Shown here: piece after piece, positions 1 to 12,774 of the stretch
Layout: each line of letters starts with the position of its first letter
Numbering within the stretch: position 1 is the first letter of the stretch
Notes under the pieces: model-generated
Database searches by the model: none
Seen by the model: only the letters and a program-made list of their open reading frames with translations
Told to the model about the DNA's origin: nothing
Assembly: GCA_951406725.2 (NCBI GenBank)
Contig: OX597825.1
Location: 52,824,001 to 52,888,000, forward strand
Direction: 5' to 3'
From: Octopus vulgaris
Taxonomy: Eukaryota
Length of the DNA: 64,000 bases
Made by a program: the position numbers and the translations under genes

Positions 1-172
1 AGATTAAGATTAATGTAAAAAATAAATATCACTGAAGCAAAATAACACCAAATATATATAGTGCGTGTGTTTTTATTGGCTAAACTGGCAATATGACCAT
101 TCCGAAATATAACAATATCTGTTTCAACACACGACTTCACATAAAAAATCTTGCACAACAAATATTTAAACG

Positions 173-357
173 TATATATATATATATATACCCATATATA
201 AATATAGATGTATATACATATATGTCTGCTGCTTTTAAATAAAGCATATTACTCTACCTCTGGTATTTGAGTACTCTTTCGGGTCTCCTTGTTTCACATT
301 TATGTGCTTATTCTGGTACATGTATATATATACATATATACATATATATATATATGC

Positions 358-404
<47 letters not shown>

Positions 405-510
405 TACATACATATATACACATATATACATACATATATGTACACACACACACGCACATATATATATACATAGCTATCTATATATCTATCTATATATATA
501 TATATATATA
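173..510. repeat. (TA)n/(TACA)n compound microsatellite
   Basis: Direct reading. Similar tracts at 3140-3600, 11880-12270, 16140-16820, 19795-19995, 28134-28280, 30170-30385, 37495-37810, 38530-38940, 39950-40500 and 61625-61700 produce the spurious Y/I/C/V-rich ORFs. Confidence 0.97.
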
Positions 511-511
511 A

Positions 512-700
512 AGTTAATCCAAACAAGAAAACACAGCAACGCGAGGACGTGGAACAATTAAAGTATTATTTGACGCTCAGGAAAGAAGGGAAGGAGGGTT
601 TAACGTTTCGAGCGGAGCTCTTCGTCGGAAACAAGGAGAAGGAAAGATCGCAAGAAGGGAAGACAGAGGAAAAAAATACTTTTGCTGGTGGTGCTCAAGA
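512..700 (-). mobile_element. Short non-autonomous Penelope-like (pLTR-type) element with a hammerhead motif
   Basis: Minus strand ~598-632 reads GTTT-CCGACGA-A-GAGC-tcc-GCTC-GAAA-CGTT-AAAC: stem I, core, stem II, GAAA, palindromic stem III. Boundaries approximate. Confidence 0.65.
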
Positions 701-1439
701 GATCACATGTTGAAAGAACAGAAGTTGAGAGGTAGATGAATCATGATTTTTAAAAACAAGAGAGTTTCAAAGACAAGGAATGTGTGTGGGTGCGTGTGTG
801 TGTGTGCAAGGATGACAAGTGTGTTTGTGCGTGCGCGGGTGTGTGTGTGTATGTATGGTGAATAATAGGCATAGCAAGCTAGCTGTCATAAAGGAGTGGC
901 ACTTGTTGTATCCAGCCAGGTCAAAACCAGGTAAAAAAACAAAGGGGTATATATGTGTGCGTGTAAGTATATGTATCATGTGTGTGTTGTTTGTAGTGTG
1001 TGTGTGTGCATGTGTGTGTTCGTGTGTGTATGCGTAGAGTTTGGGTGTGTGGCGAGTAACTGTGCTTAACCTAGTGTATGTGTGCGTGTGTGCTTGTGCG
1101 TGCGTGTGTGTGTGTAGGGATGTATGTGTGGGTTCATTTGTGTGAGTGTGTATGTATGTATGTGTATGTGTGTGCGTGTATGTACATATACATACATACA
1201 TACACACATATAATTTAAAGGTTAATATGTAACTGTAAATACCTTGCAACGTTGCAACTGCTACGGTAATTATTAACTGGTAATTGAATGGTAAATGTGT
1301 AAAAGACGATGATCCTAGAATTAAAAGTGAAAGAATTAAAAATAAATAATTAAACGTGAAAAGATGAAAGTCAGCCTATTATATCACATTACAATATAGA
1401 TGTTATTGTTTTACTTTTGACATGTAATACCAAACCAGT

Positions 1440-1579
1440 TTAAGAGATTTCTCTGGGCCCATATTAGGCAAGAAGTTGAAACTTTTTTGGCCCATGACAC
1501 TCCATTACTCAAGTAATGCATGTATAAAATTTGAATGAAATCAGTTGGGTAGTTCTCGAGTGTCAGTGATGCACACATT

Positions 1580-1582
<3 letters not shown>
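1440..1582 (+). mobile_element. Possible non-autonomous Helitron/Helentron-type fragment
   Basis: The motif 'aaatttgaatgaaatcagttgggtagttctcgag...cacacattctc' resembles subterminal motifs of invertebrate non-autonomous Helentrons; followed by (GA)n. Confidence 0.35.

Positions 1583-1663
<81 letters not shown>
1583..1663. repeat. (GA)n microsatellite
   Basis: Perfect AG tract. Confidence 0.97.
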
Positions 1664-1667
<4 letters not shown>

Positions 1668-2152
1668 TGTTAAGGTCGAATTAACCTGGAACATGTCTGT
1701 AGTTGTCACCATTTCCTAATAATCAGACACATTCTCTTTTTCAATCCATTGTTGTTGATTCATTCGAATTAAATTAAATCTCCTGTCTTCCTTGATCAGA
1801 ATTTCTCATCAATATTATAATTGTTCTCATCACTAAGAGCCTTTACTATAATTAATTTTAAAAATTCTTGACTAGCTGCATCTGCTATGATCCAGTCAAT
1901 AATTTAGTGTTTTGTATAACTGAATAAAGCAACAGAAAGGAAAAGAAAACAAATGTTAACAAATCCTTGAACTGCATGCAAATATGAATATCTTAAATTT
2001 GACATATAGTCAAGGCAGTAATGTGTAATGACTGAGGCATTTTCCTAAATATTCCTGATATAAAAAATATCAAAGAATGTATAAAACAAACACCCAACAG
2101 AATATAAGGAAACTTTGACTCTCGTTTATCATACTATAATATTACTTTCTAG

Positions 2153-2528
2153 GTTTATGGCAAAACATCGTCAATCATTAGAACAGGGCAATCCTGAAGG
2201 TTTGCTTAGAAAACCTAAAGCAGTTAGCTAAAACAGTTACATGTCTTCCTTTTCTTTTGAAAAATTGCTAATCTATTTACAAAACACATATGTTTTCAGT
2301 GATTTGAAGACTTTAACGAAATGTTTAGCATGTTATTGGGAGGCTTTTGAAGCTGAAATTCAGGTTTATTCACATGATAAAAATAATTTTCAGTCAGTTG
2401 TGTTTGATTTTTTAAGCTAAACTTAATACTTTCCATGAAAACATAGCGAACGCTATTTATGAATTTATATTCATTGAAATTCTTTCTGTTCAGATATTAT
2501 AGGAATATTAAATCAAAACAGTACTTAA
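2153..2528 (+). CDS. Candidate last two coding exons (2153-2199, 2494-2528) of an unidentified host gene
   Basis: tttctag|exon|gtttgc, then ttctttctgttcag|exon. Phases are compatible and give ...FMAKHRQSLEQGNPE-DIIGILNQNST*. Non-repetitive context; no family recognised. Confidence 0.3.
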
Positions 2529-3223
2529 CTGCTACTTTAGTTACTGATTTCAGTATAATGAAAGACCAAAATGATCTCAGCAGGATTTTTATTCTCTTGT
2601 TACACAGAAAAATTAAGGGATTATCTTTTACATGTTTTACAACCCAGTGACCCTATTTCATCTAACTGCTGAAAGACATTTTGTCTTCCTCTTAGTTGCT
2701 GAGTGAGTATTCCAGGTTTACAACTGTTGAGTAGGTACTGCAATCAACTGACTTCAAAGCTGAAGGAAATCACAAACATGGCTGTAATTAGTTGAGTACT
2801 AATGCTGGGTAAATAAATGAACAGCAGTTAGTGTGTGGCTCAAACTTAAGAGAATAAGATTCAAAACAATCCCATAACACCTTCAGAAAGTTATGAGGTG
2901 AGAGATCTTGCTTCCAAGTTGTGGAAACAGAGATTTGACTGACGAGGGAGATGTAACCAGAAGAGTTTTCTGGCAATGTGACATCCAGTGATATAGCACC
3001 ATACATCAATGCCATTAATGGTTATAAACCTGACACAAGTTCTTCACAAGACTGAAAATTTGTTTCAAAATTTTTCTTTTAATGGCCTTTAGAAGCCAAG
3101 AATGACATTTATTCCTGTTAAAAATTGTTTGGCAATGTATACATCGGTGTGTGCGTATCTGCATGTGTGTGTGCGTGTGTGTATATATAAGTATATATGT
3201 ATGTGTATATATATATATGTATG

Positions 3224-3314
<91 letters not shown>

Positions 3315-3413
3315 ATATATAGCTATATATATATATACATATATTTGTATTTATATATATATATATATACATATATATGTATTTATACATATATATATAT
3401 ATACATATATATG

Positions 3414-3551
<138 letters not shown>

Positions 3552-3960
3552 CACACACACACACATACATATGCATACATGCATGCATACATACAATGAG
3601 AGAATGAGTGATATAAGGGAGGCTGAAGAAGACACACACATACCCACATATGTATACACGCAAACAATCAAATGCAAAAACTATATTTATTTATATTTTT
3701 TAATATACACCCTCTACAACAAAGGGAAATGATTTTCATTTATTGAGTGACAATATATATGATAGAAGTTTTAAATATTTTGGCAAGATTTCACGTATGG
3801 ATGGTTCCAAAGAAAGTTTGGTAAAAGACATTGACAAAGCATATAAGAAAGCTTGGAATATATTGATATTTCTTCCATGATGTATTGAAATTCAATTGAA
3901 AATTTGTATTTACTTATTACAAATCTGTGAAACTGAGAGTGGCATCATACACTCCCAAAC

Positions 3961-4021
<61 letters not shown>

Positions 4022-4029
4022 TGTATGTC

Positions 4030-5600
4030 ATTATTCTGGTTTATTTTAAGATTCCTTACAAATAGAGAAAGAGCCAGTTTCTAACCTAGATCCAAGGCAC
4101 CTTCATTGGAATTTCAACATCAACAACAGGCTTATTTCGTTTGTATGCATGTATGTATCTATATATGTATGTGTGTATGCATATATGTATTCATGTATGC
4201 ATATGTATCTATGCATGCATGCAGATTTTGTATGTTTTGCTTTTTGTATGTATTCTCATGCACATAGTTGCATATCTAGACATGTTCATATATATTTAAA
4301 TGATAAACTTCTGTAAAGTTTTACAGATTTTTACAGTTCCAGTGATGGATTGGATATGTAGTCTTCGAATTAGCCTTCTCCTTTCTGGTTTGAGAAGCCT
4401 AATTTCTCAAGATTGGTATTTAGGCAGTGTGTTACATATCCCAGGGCTCCAATGATTACAGGTATAAACTTCAAACTGTAATTTGGATAGACTAACTACA
4501 GATTTCTCAGTAGTTCAGGATAGGTATTCTCTGTTTCACTGATTTTCAGCTTTATGTTAACATCTGCTGGGCAGCTAATTCCACAACTGTGCACAGTTTC
4601 TCTTCTCTATCCCAAATCATTATATCAGGTCTGTTGTACTTACCTTTTATTGAGGATTTCACTGGAATATTCCATCAGTACTCCTTTTTATTATGAGTGG
4701 CTATGGCTTCTACCATATTTCATTATTACAGAGTCCTAGCTAGAACATCTTGTCTCATCAGTAGATAATAATCGTGATGACATTTTTGGAGAACTGCTTA
4801 TGATGTGGGTGATATTTTTGGTGTTAACTCCACAAAGTCTTCATCAGTTGTCAAATTCTACTGCTTTTTCTACATTTCTATCCCTTTTTTGCATCAAGTA
4901 TTTGGTTTGTATTTCCTGTTCCTGGATTGCTGATGCATACCCTTCAAAGTAGGGGGTAGTAATCTGGCTACTGGTCCATGATAGACTGCTTTGATGATCA
5001 ACATTATTATCCTCTCGGAGCTTTCTACTAACATATCCATACAGTGTCTTCTGCTCATATATGCTCATCATTTCATCTGATGATTCATTGCAGTAGAGTC
5101 ATGCGACTTATTTGGGCATGTGTTTAAGGTTATCAGACAAGGAATATTACTCAATGAGCTGCCTTCCAAGTCTTAGAATGTTATCAGCTTCATGTATGAA
5201 AACTTGGTCAAGGGATTCACTTTGACACTTGGTGGTTAAAAGATGTTGCTGAAGGGATATGATACGACATTCAAAGGCATTTTAGATCAATGTTAAGCCT
5301 TTGCCACCTTGTTTTCATTTTAGGTACAGGTGTTTTACATTACTATTTATGTGGAAATTATGTGTGCTTGTTAGTATTTTTCAGGTTTTCACACCAATAG
5401 CTCAGATGTCATCAAGCATCCAATCAAGCAACCCAAATGTTGGTATGTGTACTAGCACTGCAAACACATTGTGGATCACTGTTTTATTGAATGCAGAGAG
5501 TTCTGAGGTTCAAATTTTCTTTATTTGGCTGTAATATTCTTTATTGACACATGTTTTGTTACAGGTGCCATTGTAAGCTTACTGGTGCAGTGGTAAGAAG
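4030..5600 (-). mobile_element. 5'-truncated, decayed RLE non-LTR retrotransposon (R4/Dong-like)
   Basis: Minus-strand fragments: RT thumb (HLYLK.KQGGKGL), AIQEQEIQTKY, zinc-knuckle remnant RLCG...ITHIISS, endonuclease NRPDIMIWDREEKLCTVVE, KFIPVIIGALG. Multiple stops and frameshifts. Confidence 0.8.
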
Positions 5601-5679
5601 AATGTATGTATGTATGCATTGATAGACAGACAGATACCTAGCATGCATATATATTGTTATATACATATATAGGTAGTTA

Positions 5680-5860
5680 TGTATTCTTTTAGTCTTTTAA
5701 TTGTTTCAGTTTTACTGGAACAAATCAACCCCAGGACTTATTCTTTGTAAGCCTAGTACTTATTTTATTTGTTTCTTTTGCTGAATCACCAAGTTATGGG
5801 GATATAAACACACCAACATCAGTTGTTAAGCAATGGTGGGGAACAAAAAGACACAAATAA
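5680..5860 (-). mobile_element. SINE family B, 3' portion
   Basis: Matches the reverse complement of the 3' half of 29497-29885 (ggacttattctttgtaagcctagtactta). Confidence 0.8.
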
Positions 5861-5874
5861 ATAAATATATATAT

Positions 5875-7979
5875 ATCATCATCATCATCATCATCATTTA
5901 GCGTCCGTTCTCCATGCTAGCATGGGTTGGATGGTTCAACTGGGGTCTGTGAAGCTGGAAGGCTTCATCAGGCCCAGTCAGATCTGGCAGTGTTTCTACG
6001 GCTGGATGCCCTTCCTAACGCCAACCACTCCGTGAGTGTAGTGGGTGCTTTTTACGTGCCACCCGCACAGGTGCCAGACAGAGCTGGCAAACGGCCACGA
6101 ATGGATGGTGCTTTTACGTGTCACCGGCACGGGGCCAGGCGAGGCTGGCAACGGACACGAACGGATGGTGCTTTTACGTGCCACCAACACGGGGGCCAGA
6201 CAGAGCTGGCAAACGGCCATGAAACGGATGGTGCTTTTACGTGACACCGGCACGGGGGCCAGGCGATGCTGGCAACGGACACGAACGGATGGTGCTTTTA
6301 CATGCCACCGACACGGGGGCCAGACAGGGCTGGCAAACGGCCACGAACGGATGGTGCTTTTACGTGTCACTGGCACGGGGGCCAGGCGAGGCTGGCAACG
6401 GACACAAATGGATGGTGCTTTTACATGTCTCCGACATGGGGGCCAGACAGGGCTGGCAAACGGCCACGAACGGATGGTGCTTTTACATGTCACCGACATG
6501 GGGGGCCAGACAGGGCTGGCAAACGGCCACGAACGGATGGTGCTTTTACGTGTCACCGGCACGGGGGCCAGACAGAGCTGGCAAACGGCCACAAACAGAT
6601 GGTGCTTTTACATGTCACCGGCACGGGCGCCAGGCCAGGCTGGCAACGAACACAAATGGCTGGTGCTTTTACGTGCCACCGACACGGGGGCCAGACAGGG
6701 CTGGCAAACGGCTACGAACGGATGGTGCTTTTACGTGTCACCCGCACGGGGGCCCTGATGTTGATCGACCTCAATTTGGTTTGATTTTGATTTTGGCTGT
6801 TCTCACTGGTCTTGCCGGGTTTTCTCACGCACAGCATACTTCCAAAGGTCTCGGTCACTGGTCATTTCCTTGGTGAGACCTAAAGTTCGAAGGTCGTGCT
6901 TCACCGCCTCGACCCAGGTTTTCCTGGGTCTACCTCTTCAACAGGTCCCCTCAATTGCCAGGGTGTGGCACTTTCGCACACAGCTATCTTCAGCCATTCT
7001 CATCACATGACCATACCAGCGCATACGTCTCTCTTGCACACAACAACTGATGCTTCTTAGGTTCAACTTTTCTCTCAAGGTACTTACACTCTGTCGATTA
7101 TGAACACTGACGTTACACATCCATCGGAGCATACTAGCTTCATTTCTTGCGAGCTTACGCAAATCCTCAGCAGTCACAGCCCAAGTTTCACTACCATGTA
7201 GCATGGTTGTACGTACACATGCATCATACAGTCTGCCTTTTACTTTGAGCGAGAGGCCTTTTGTCACCAGCAGGGGTAAGAGCTCTCTAAACTTTGCCCA
7301 GGCTATTCTTACTCTAGCAGTTATACTTTCAGCGCACCCACCCCCGCTACTGACTTGGTCACCTAGGTAACGGAAACTATCAACTACTTCTAGCTTTTCT
7401 CCCTGGAAAGTGACGGAAGTTGGTCTCAGAGCATTTTCAGTGTTAATTGTTCCTGAGCATCTGCCACATACAAAAACCATCTTCCTAGTTAGCCTTCCTT
7501 TGACATTGCTGCACCTCTTATGTGTCCATAGCTTACACTTGGTGCATCTTATAGAGTTTCTACCTACACCTTTTCTACAGATCGAGCAGGGCCATCTACC
7601 TGAAGGCGTTTGTGATTGGTCTACCTTCTTACTTATTAGGACTTTGGTTTTGGCTAGGTTGATTCTAAGGCCCTTCGATTCTAAACCTTGTTTCCATACC
7701 TGAAACTTCTCCTCTAGTTCTGATAGAGACTCAGCAATTAGAGCAAGGTCATCAGCATAGAGGAGCTCCCAGGGGCATCCTGTCTTGAATTCCTCCGTTA
7801 TTGCCTGGAGGACTATGATAAATAGGAGGGGACTGAGGACTGAACCTTGGTGGACCCCAACCTCTAACCATTCATCTATCCCTAGTTTCCTCATTGACCA
7901 CCAGATGAGGGATCGGGGGACCCTGTCGAAGGCTTTCTCCATATCAACAAAAGCCAGGTATAGGGGCTTGTCTTTGGCA
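5875..7979 (-). mobile_element. 5'-truncated RTE LINE (RT with PHD insert, 3' UTR minisatellite, (GAT)n tail)
   Basis: ORF 6938-8089 has [34 protein letters not shown] and is closely similar to 26148-27884. The (ATC)n tail starts at 5875. Flanked by (TA)n on both sides. Confidence 0.95.
6044..6755. repeat. ~61-bp minisatellite, ~12 units, inside the RTE 3' UTR
   Basis: GGTGCTTTTAC anchors at ~6044, 6107, 6167, 6231, 6291, 6353, 6414, 6476, 6539, 6601, 6662 and 6725. Confidence 0.95.
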
Positions 7980-8291
7980 TATATATATATAGATAAGCAA
8001 AAGAAAAAGGAAAGAGAAAAAGAGGTTAAGGCAAAGAGTGAAAGAGAAAGAGGGAGAGTGCTGTGTGCTAAGTCTATAAAATTGTGCATAAAGTGTGTAT
8101 ATAAAGTGCATTAAGTAATCATCATATTCCAACCACTTTCTTTCACTTTTCAGGGATTAGCAGATGAGCGACTATCTTTTGATACAGACACAATGTAGGC
8201 TATGCTTTCAGGTTTTTTAGATAAAGTTTTCAGAAGTAACCCAATAAGTTTACCATTAATTTCTGTTAGTTATAATTATCATTATCATTAA

Positions 8292-8475
8292 GATGGAAAG
8301 CTGGCAGAATCGTTAGCACACTGGATGAAATGCTTAGTGGTATTTAGCCTGCTACTATGTTTCCAGTTCAAATTCTGTTAAAGCTGACTTTGTCTTTCAT
8401 CCTTTCAGGGTTGATAACTTAAGATAACTTAAGTACCTTCCCACAAAATTCAGGCTTGGTACCTATATTAGAAAG
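8292..8475 (+). mobile_element. SINE family A (tRNA-derived head, Meta/MESC-like core)
   Basis: gctggcagaatcgttagca...gttcaaattc...ctttgtctttcatcctttcagggttgataa. Confidence 0.8.
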
Positions 8476-8505
8476 GATTATCATTATTATTAGCATTATT
8501 ATTAC

Positions 8506-8554
<49 letters not shown>

Positions 8555-8822
8555 GATTTAGCTACAATAGTTGAAAGATGCAGAAAAAGATTTCTTTTTG
8601 GCGAATTAGAAAGAAAGAATGAAGTTAAAATAAAACTGTTTACAAAAAGAAGGATTGAGAGGTGTTATACAGTATATGAACAGACATATTAAGAATTTTA
8701 AAGGTACACACATGCTCACACATACACAAATACACAAACAAAATAAACATATACATATATGCATACATATACATACATATACACATATTCACATACATAT
8801 ACACTCATATAGTTCTATATTT

Positions 8823-9096
8823 AAGAGATGAGGAATTATGTACATTATTTACATTTGACGGATTTTGTCCTCATCTTGTTTGTTGTTAACACAAAATTTC
8901 AGCTGATATACCCTCCAGCCTTCAGCAGGTGTATCGGGGAATTTGGAACCTGTGTTCTCATTCCTAAGGTATTTTTCAAAGTTATTATCATTATTATTGT
9001 TATTATTATTCAGGTCACTGCCTGGAATCAAACTTGGAATCTTGGGGTTAGTAGCCCGTGTTCTTAACCACTATGCCATATGCCCACGGGCATATG
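8823..9096 (-). mobile_element. tRNA-headed hammerhead-containing short element (decayed copy)
   Basis: Reverse complement of 55885-56200: A box TGGCATAGTGG, decayed B box GTTTGATTCC, (AAT)n, hammerhead CTGCTGA-A-GGCTG..CAGCT-GAAA; terminal hairpin 9077-9096. Confidence 0.85.
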
Positions 9097-9833
9097 TAAA
9101 TAATGTATATACAGTCATTCATGTGTACATGCATACACAACTTACACATACATACCTAGATATGAATATGTTTGAATACACATACATTTGCACAGAAATA
9201 AATAAAGTGTACAATAAATACATAATAATTAAAATGACATGATTCAAAGAAATAAACAATGAAAGCTTTATTGCTAAGCTGAATTGGGCTCCCCATGATC
9301 TCTTTCACTTAAATAGTTATCAAACTGTGTTCAGGTGCAACCAAATGCACCGGTAAGAATTTTTTATGACATTAAGTGTGTATAAAGAACAATATTTTGA
9401 AGCAGTTCTCTTTTAAGTTCTTTTATCAACAAGCATGTAGCTAGGCTGTCTTTATTACAGCTGTCCATTACTGCTTTGTCGTTTTCTTTGCTATTTGTTT
9501 CTGCTTTTATTTGATATCATATAAATCACACTGTCTCTCCCTTATATGCTGTTTTATTTCTTCCTATGATACTCGTTTTTATCTACAAATACTCTCTTCT
9601 CTGTACTCTACTGGTTATGCTGATTCAGTGAATCAAGAGAATGTAGTGGAAGGAGAAACATTTTTGGTCTTGCAAGGTACAAGAGAACCTCTTTAATATT
9701 AGTACCATAATAGAATACCTTCATTACATTCTGTATAGGGGAAGATAAACAAATGAAGACGTCCGAGTGTTGAGAGGATTCTTTAGCATATGATAACCTC
9801 TCAAAAGTTATATGCATGTAAATGCTGTATGTA

Positions 9834-10065
9834 AGGCGGTGAGCTTGCAGAAACGTTAGCACACTGGACGAAATGCTTAGCGGTATTTTGTCTGTTGTTA
9901 TGTTCTGAGTTCAAATTCCGCCGAGGTCGACTTTGCCTTTCATCCTTTCGGGATCTATAAATTAAATACCAGTTATGCACTGGGGTCAATTTAATCAACT
10001 TAATCCCTTTGTCTGTCCTTGTTTGTCCCCTCTATGTTTAGCCCCTTGTGGGCAATAAAGAAATA
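9834..10065 (+). mobile_element. SINE family A
   Basis: ggcggtgagcttgcagaaacgttagc...gagttcaaattccgccgaggtcgactttgcctttcatcctttcggg. Confidence 0.9.
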
Positions 10066-10539
10066 TGAAGTAAGAAATGCTGTATGTGTCTGCCTTGAAA
10101 ATTGTTAATACACCCTTCCATTTATTACCCTATGTCTCTTACTCTTTCCTTCATTATTTCTAAATGTGTTTCTTCTCTTCAAACTCCATGATTTTGTTTA
10201 TTTGTATTCTCTAGTGAAAGTTTTCTAGTTTGTCTCTCTCTTCCAGCCCTTGACGCTAATAAAGAAAATCTTCTTCTTCTGATCACCACGAGCATTATCA
10301 TCGTCATCCTCATCACCATCTCCTCCCCTCATCCTCCTCGTCATCATTATTGTCATTGTCGTCACAATAAAATGCACCATATACACATTGAGCAACAATA
10401 TCTCAGGTTCAGGTGGTCGCTTAAGATTTGTATTTTCAAGGTCGTGATAACCTCTGTAGCATTGATGTGATAAGGAAATACATTAGATTTTCTCTACACA
10501 ATGTTTGCTGTTAGGAAGGGTATTAAACAATAAGAAAAA

Positions 10540-10780
10540 CTGAGGCCATCACCTTTCTAGTAGATGAACCAACCTTGACCTTCTTTCGAGCAGGCGTTCA
10601 ATGATGTTTCCACTGCATGGATTGTCTCTTTGTCTTTGGTTCAAAGTGATGAAACCAACACTCATCCTGGGTTATGAAATGTTGAAGGAAACTAGCTGGA
10701 TCTGCCTCAACCAATATCAGATTTTTCCGTGATGTTATCAATTTGGCATGCTTTTGACGGCTGTCAAAAGACGTGACCCT
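10540..10780 (-). mobile_element. mariner transposase fragment
   Basis: FITQDECWFHHFEPKTKRQSMQWKH (first catalytic D region); related to 18025-18815. Confidence 0.85.
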
Positions 10781-11939
10781 TCCACCATCATGTATGATTA
10801 CCTGGCTACACAAAGGAGGACAGTAATTCTGTCTATTTAATTTATTCAATTAGTTTATTTCCTCCTTTATTACAAATTTAATCATATTATACAATATTAA
10901 GATTTTAAATATTATTTAACAGTTTGCGAAAAACAAACAGGAAGCAACAGCAACAACATCTCAGACTATGATGAACCATCAAACCCATACCAGCATTGAC
11001 AGCAAACATAAAGTGATGATGATGCTGATGCTGATAACAATGATGACAACAATGTTGATTATGATGATGATTAGAAACTTACTCTCCAACCACTATATCA
11101 AGGTTAATAACACTCCAGTATCTGATTGTTCTATCACATATCAACCACCAACACTCCAATAAATGACTTTCTAAAGCATTTAAATTACTTACCACTGGTA
11201 GAAGTACTGCAGTAACTGACACTCTTAATGTACCTCAACCATTATACCACTGACAGCAACACTCCAGAAGCTGAGATTCACACTGCGCTTTAAACAGTTG
11301 CATTTTTGGTGAAAACCTCACAACTTTTCCTGTCCATTGTACCATTCCTTTGACATTCCATACTAACTCTCTTCCATCACTTCAGATGCTGTTTGCTCAC
11401 ATTAACTTTGTCAGTCATCCCTTTCTGGGTACATCACACAATGTCCCACAGAAAAATGGCTCTATTCAATTTATTCAATTAGTTTATTTCCTCCTTTATT
11501 ACGAAATTTAATCATAATATACAATATTAAGATTTTAAATATTATTTAACAGTTTGTGAAAAACAAACAGGAAGCAACAACAACAACAAAAACAACAACA
11601 GCAACAAAAAAAACAACATTCATATAAAAAAAACATTAAATTTCTGCCCGATTTCATTTCATAATCAAATCATTTAATCAGTTCCGATCTATCATTGGCA
11701 CTGTATTGTAACATCAGAAACAAATCAGTCAGGCATTGGTTAGTTCTTGAAACCAAATGCAGCAAGTACCATTTCTCTTTATTGACTAATCAAATTTTCC
11801 TCAACTTATTTTTCGATTTTCTTTTTTAATTTTTTATTATATATTTTTGGTGTATGAAAATTGTCTTACACCCACGCATTCACACATGTGTATACTTTAT
11901 ATACATACACACACATATATATATATATATATACACAGG

Positions 11940-11970
<31 letters not shown>

Positions 11971-12069
11971 GTATATATATATTCTGTTATATGTTCCAGC
12001 ACTATAGATATACATATATGTTATATACATATATATATACATATGTATAAATATATATATATATATATG

Positions 12070-12113
<44 letters not shown>

Positions 12114-12164
12114 CATATGTATATATATATATGCATACATATATATGTATGTATATATATATAC

Positions 12165-12217
<53 letters not shown>

Positions 12218-12774
12218 TATACATATGAATATGTGTGTGGGTGTGCACATGTGTGTGTATGTTTGTGTGTGTAAGCGACTGGCTATGTACGTACATGTCA
12301 CTGTTCCAAGAGAATTTAATTTACTGCATGGTGAGTTTGCAATATTTATACTTCATTTCCAAATTTGATGCCGTCTGCCTAATAAATGATTCCCAATTTT
12401 TAGTCACATTATAATCAAATAGATCAATAGTCATTCATAGAATTCAATTGCCAATCATTTAACGTACACTAATCAACTCACAGTTCAAACACTGTTGTTG
12501 TCTACTTGTATCCTTCCTCACCAATTACTTGTAATTCCAATGCCATCGAGAAATCTTGTACAATCAAGTTGACACTTGGTATGAAATCTTCTACTTCATT
12601 TTCATTCATTTAAAGCAAAGAGATCTGATAAGAAAAATGCATATTATGGTTGTATAATTATCTTGATGATTATTATCATTACTGATTATATTAATATTAT
12701 TGTAGTAGCTGATAGTGTTGATATTGTTTAGCTTCAACACAAAATAAACAGAGAGAATTTTTGGCCCAGTCTAT

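Noticed and set aside
5927-6876. Overlapping 100-240 aa repetitive ORFs; superficially CRISPR-like periodicity
   Set aside because: Products of the 61-bp minisatellite in the LINE 3' UTR. There are no unique spacers or cas genes, and the context is eukaryotic.
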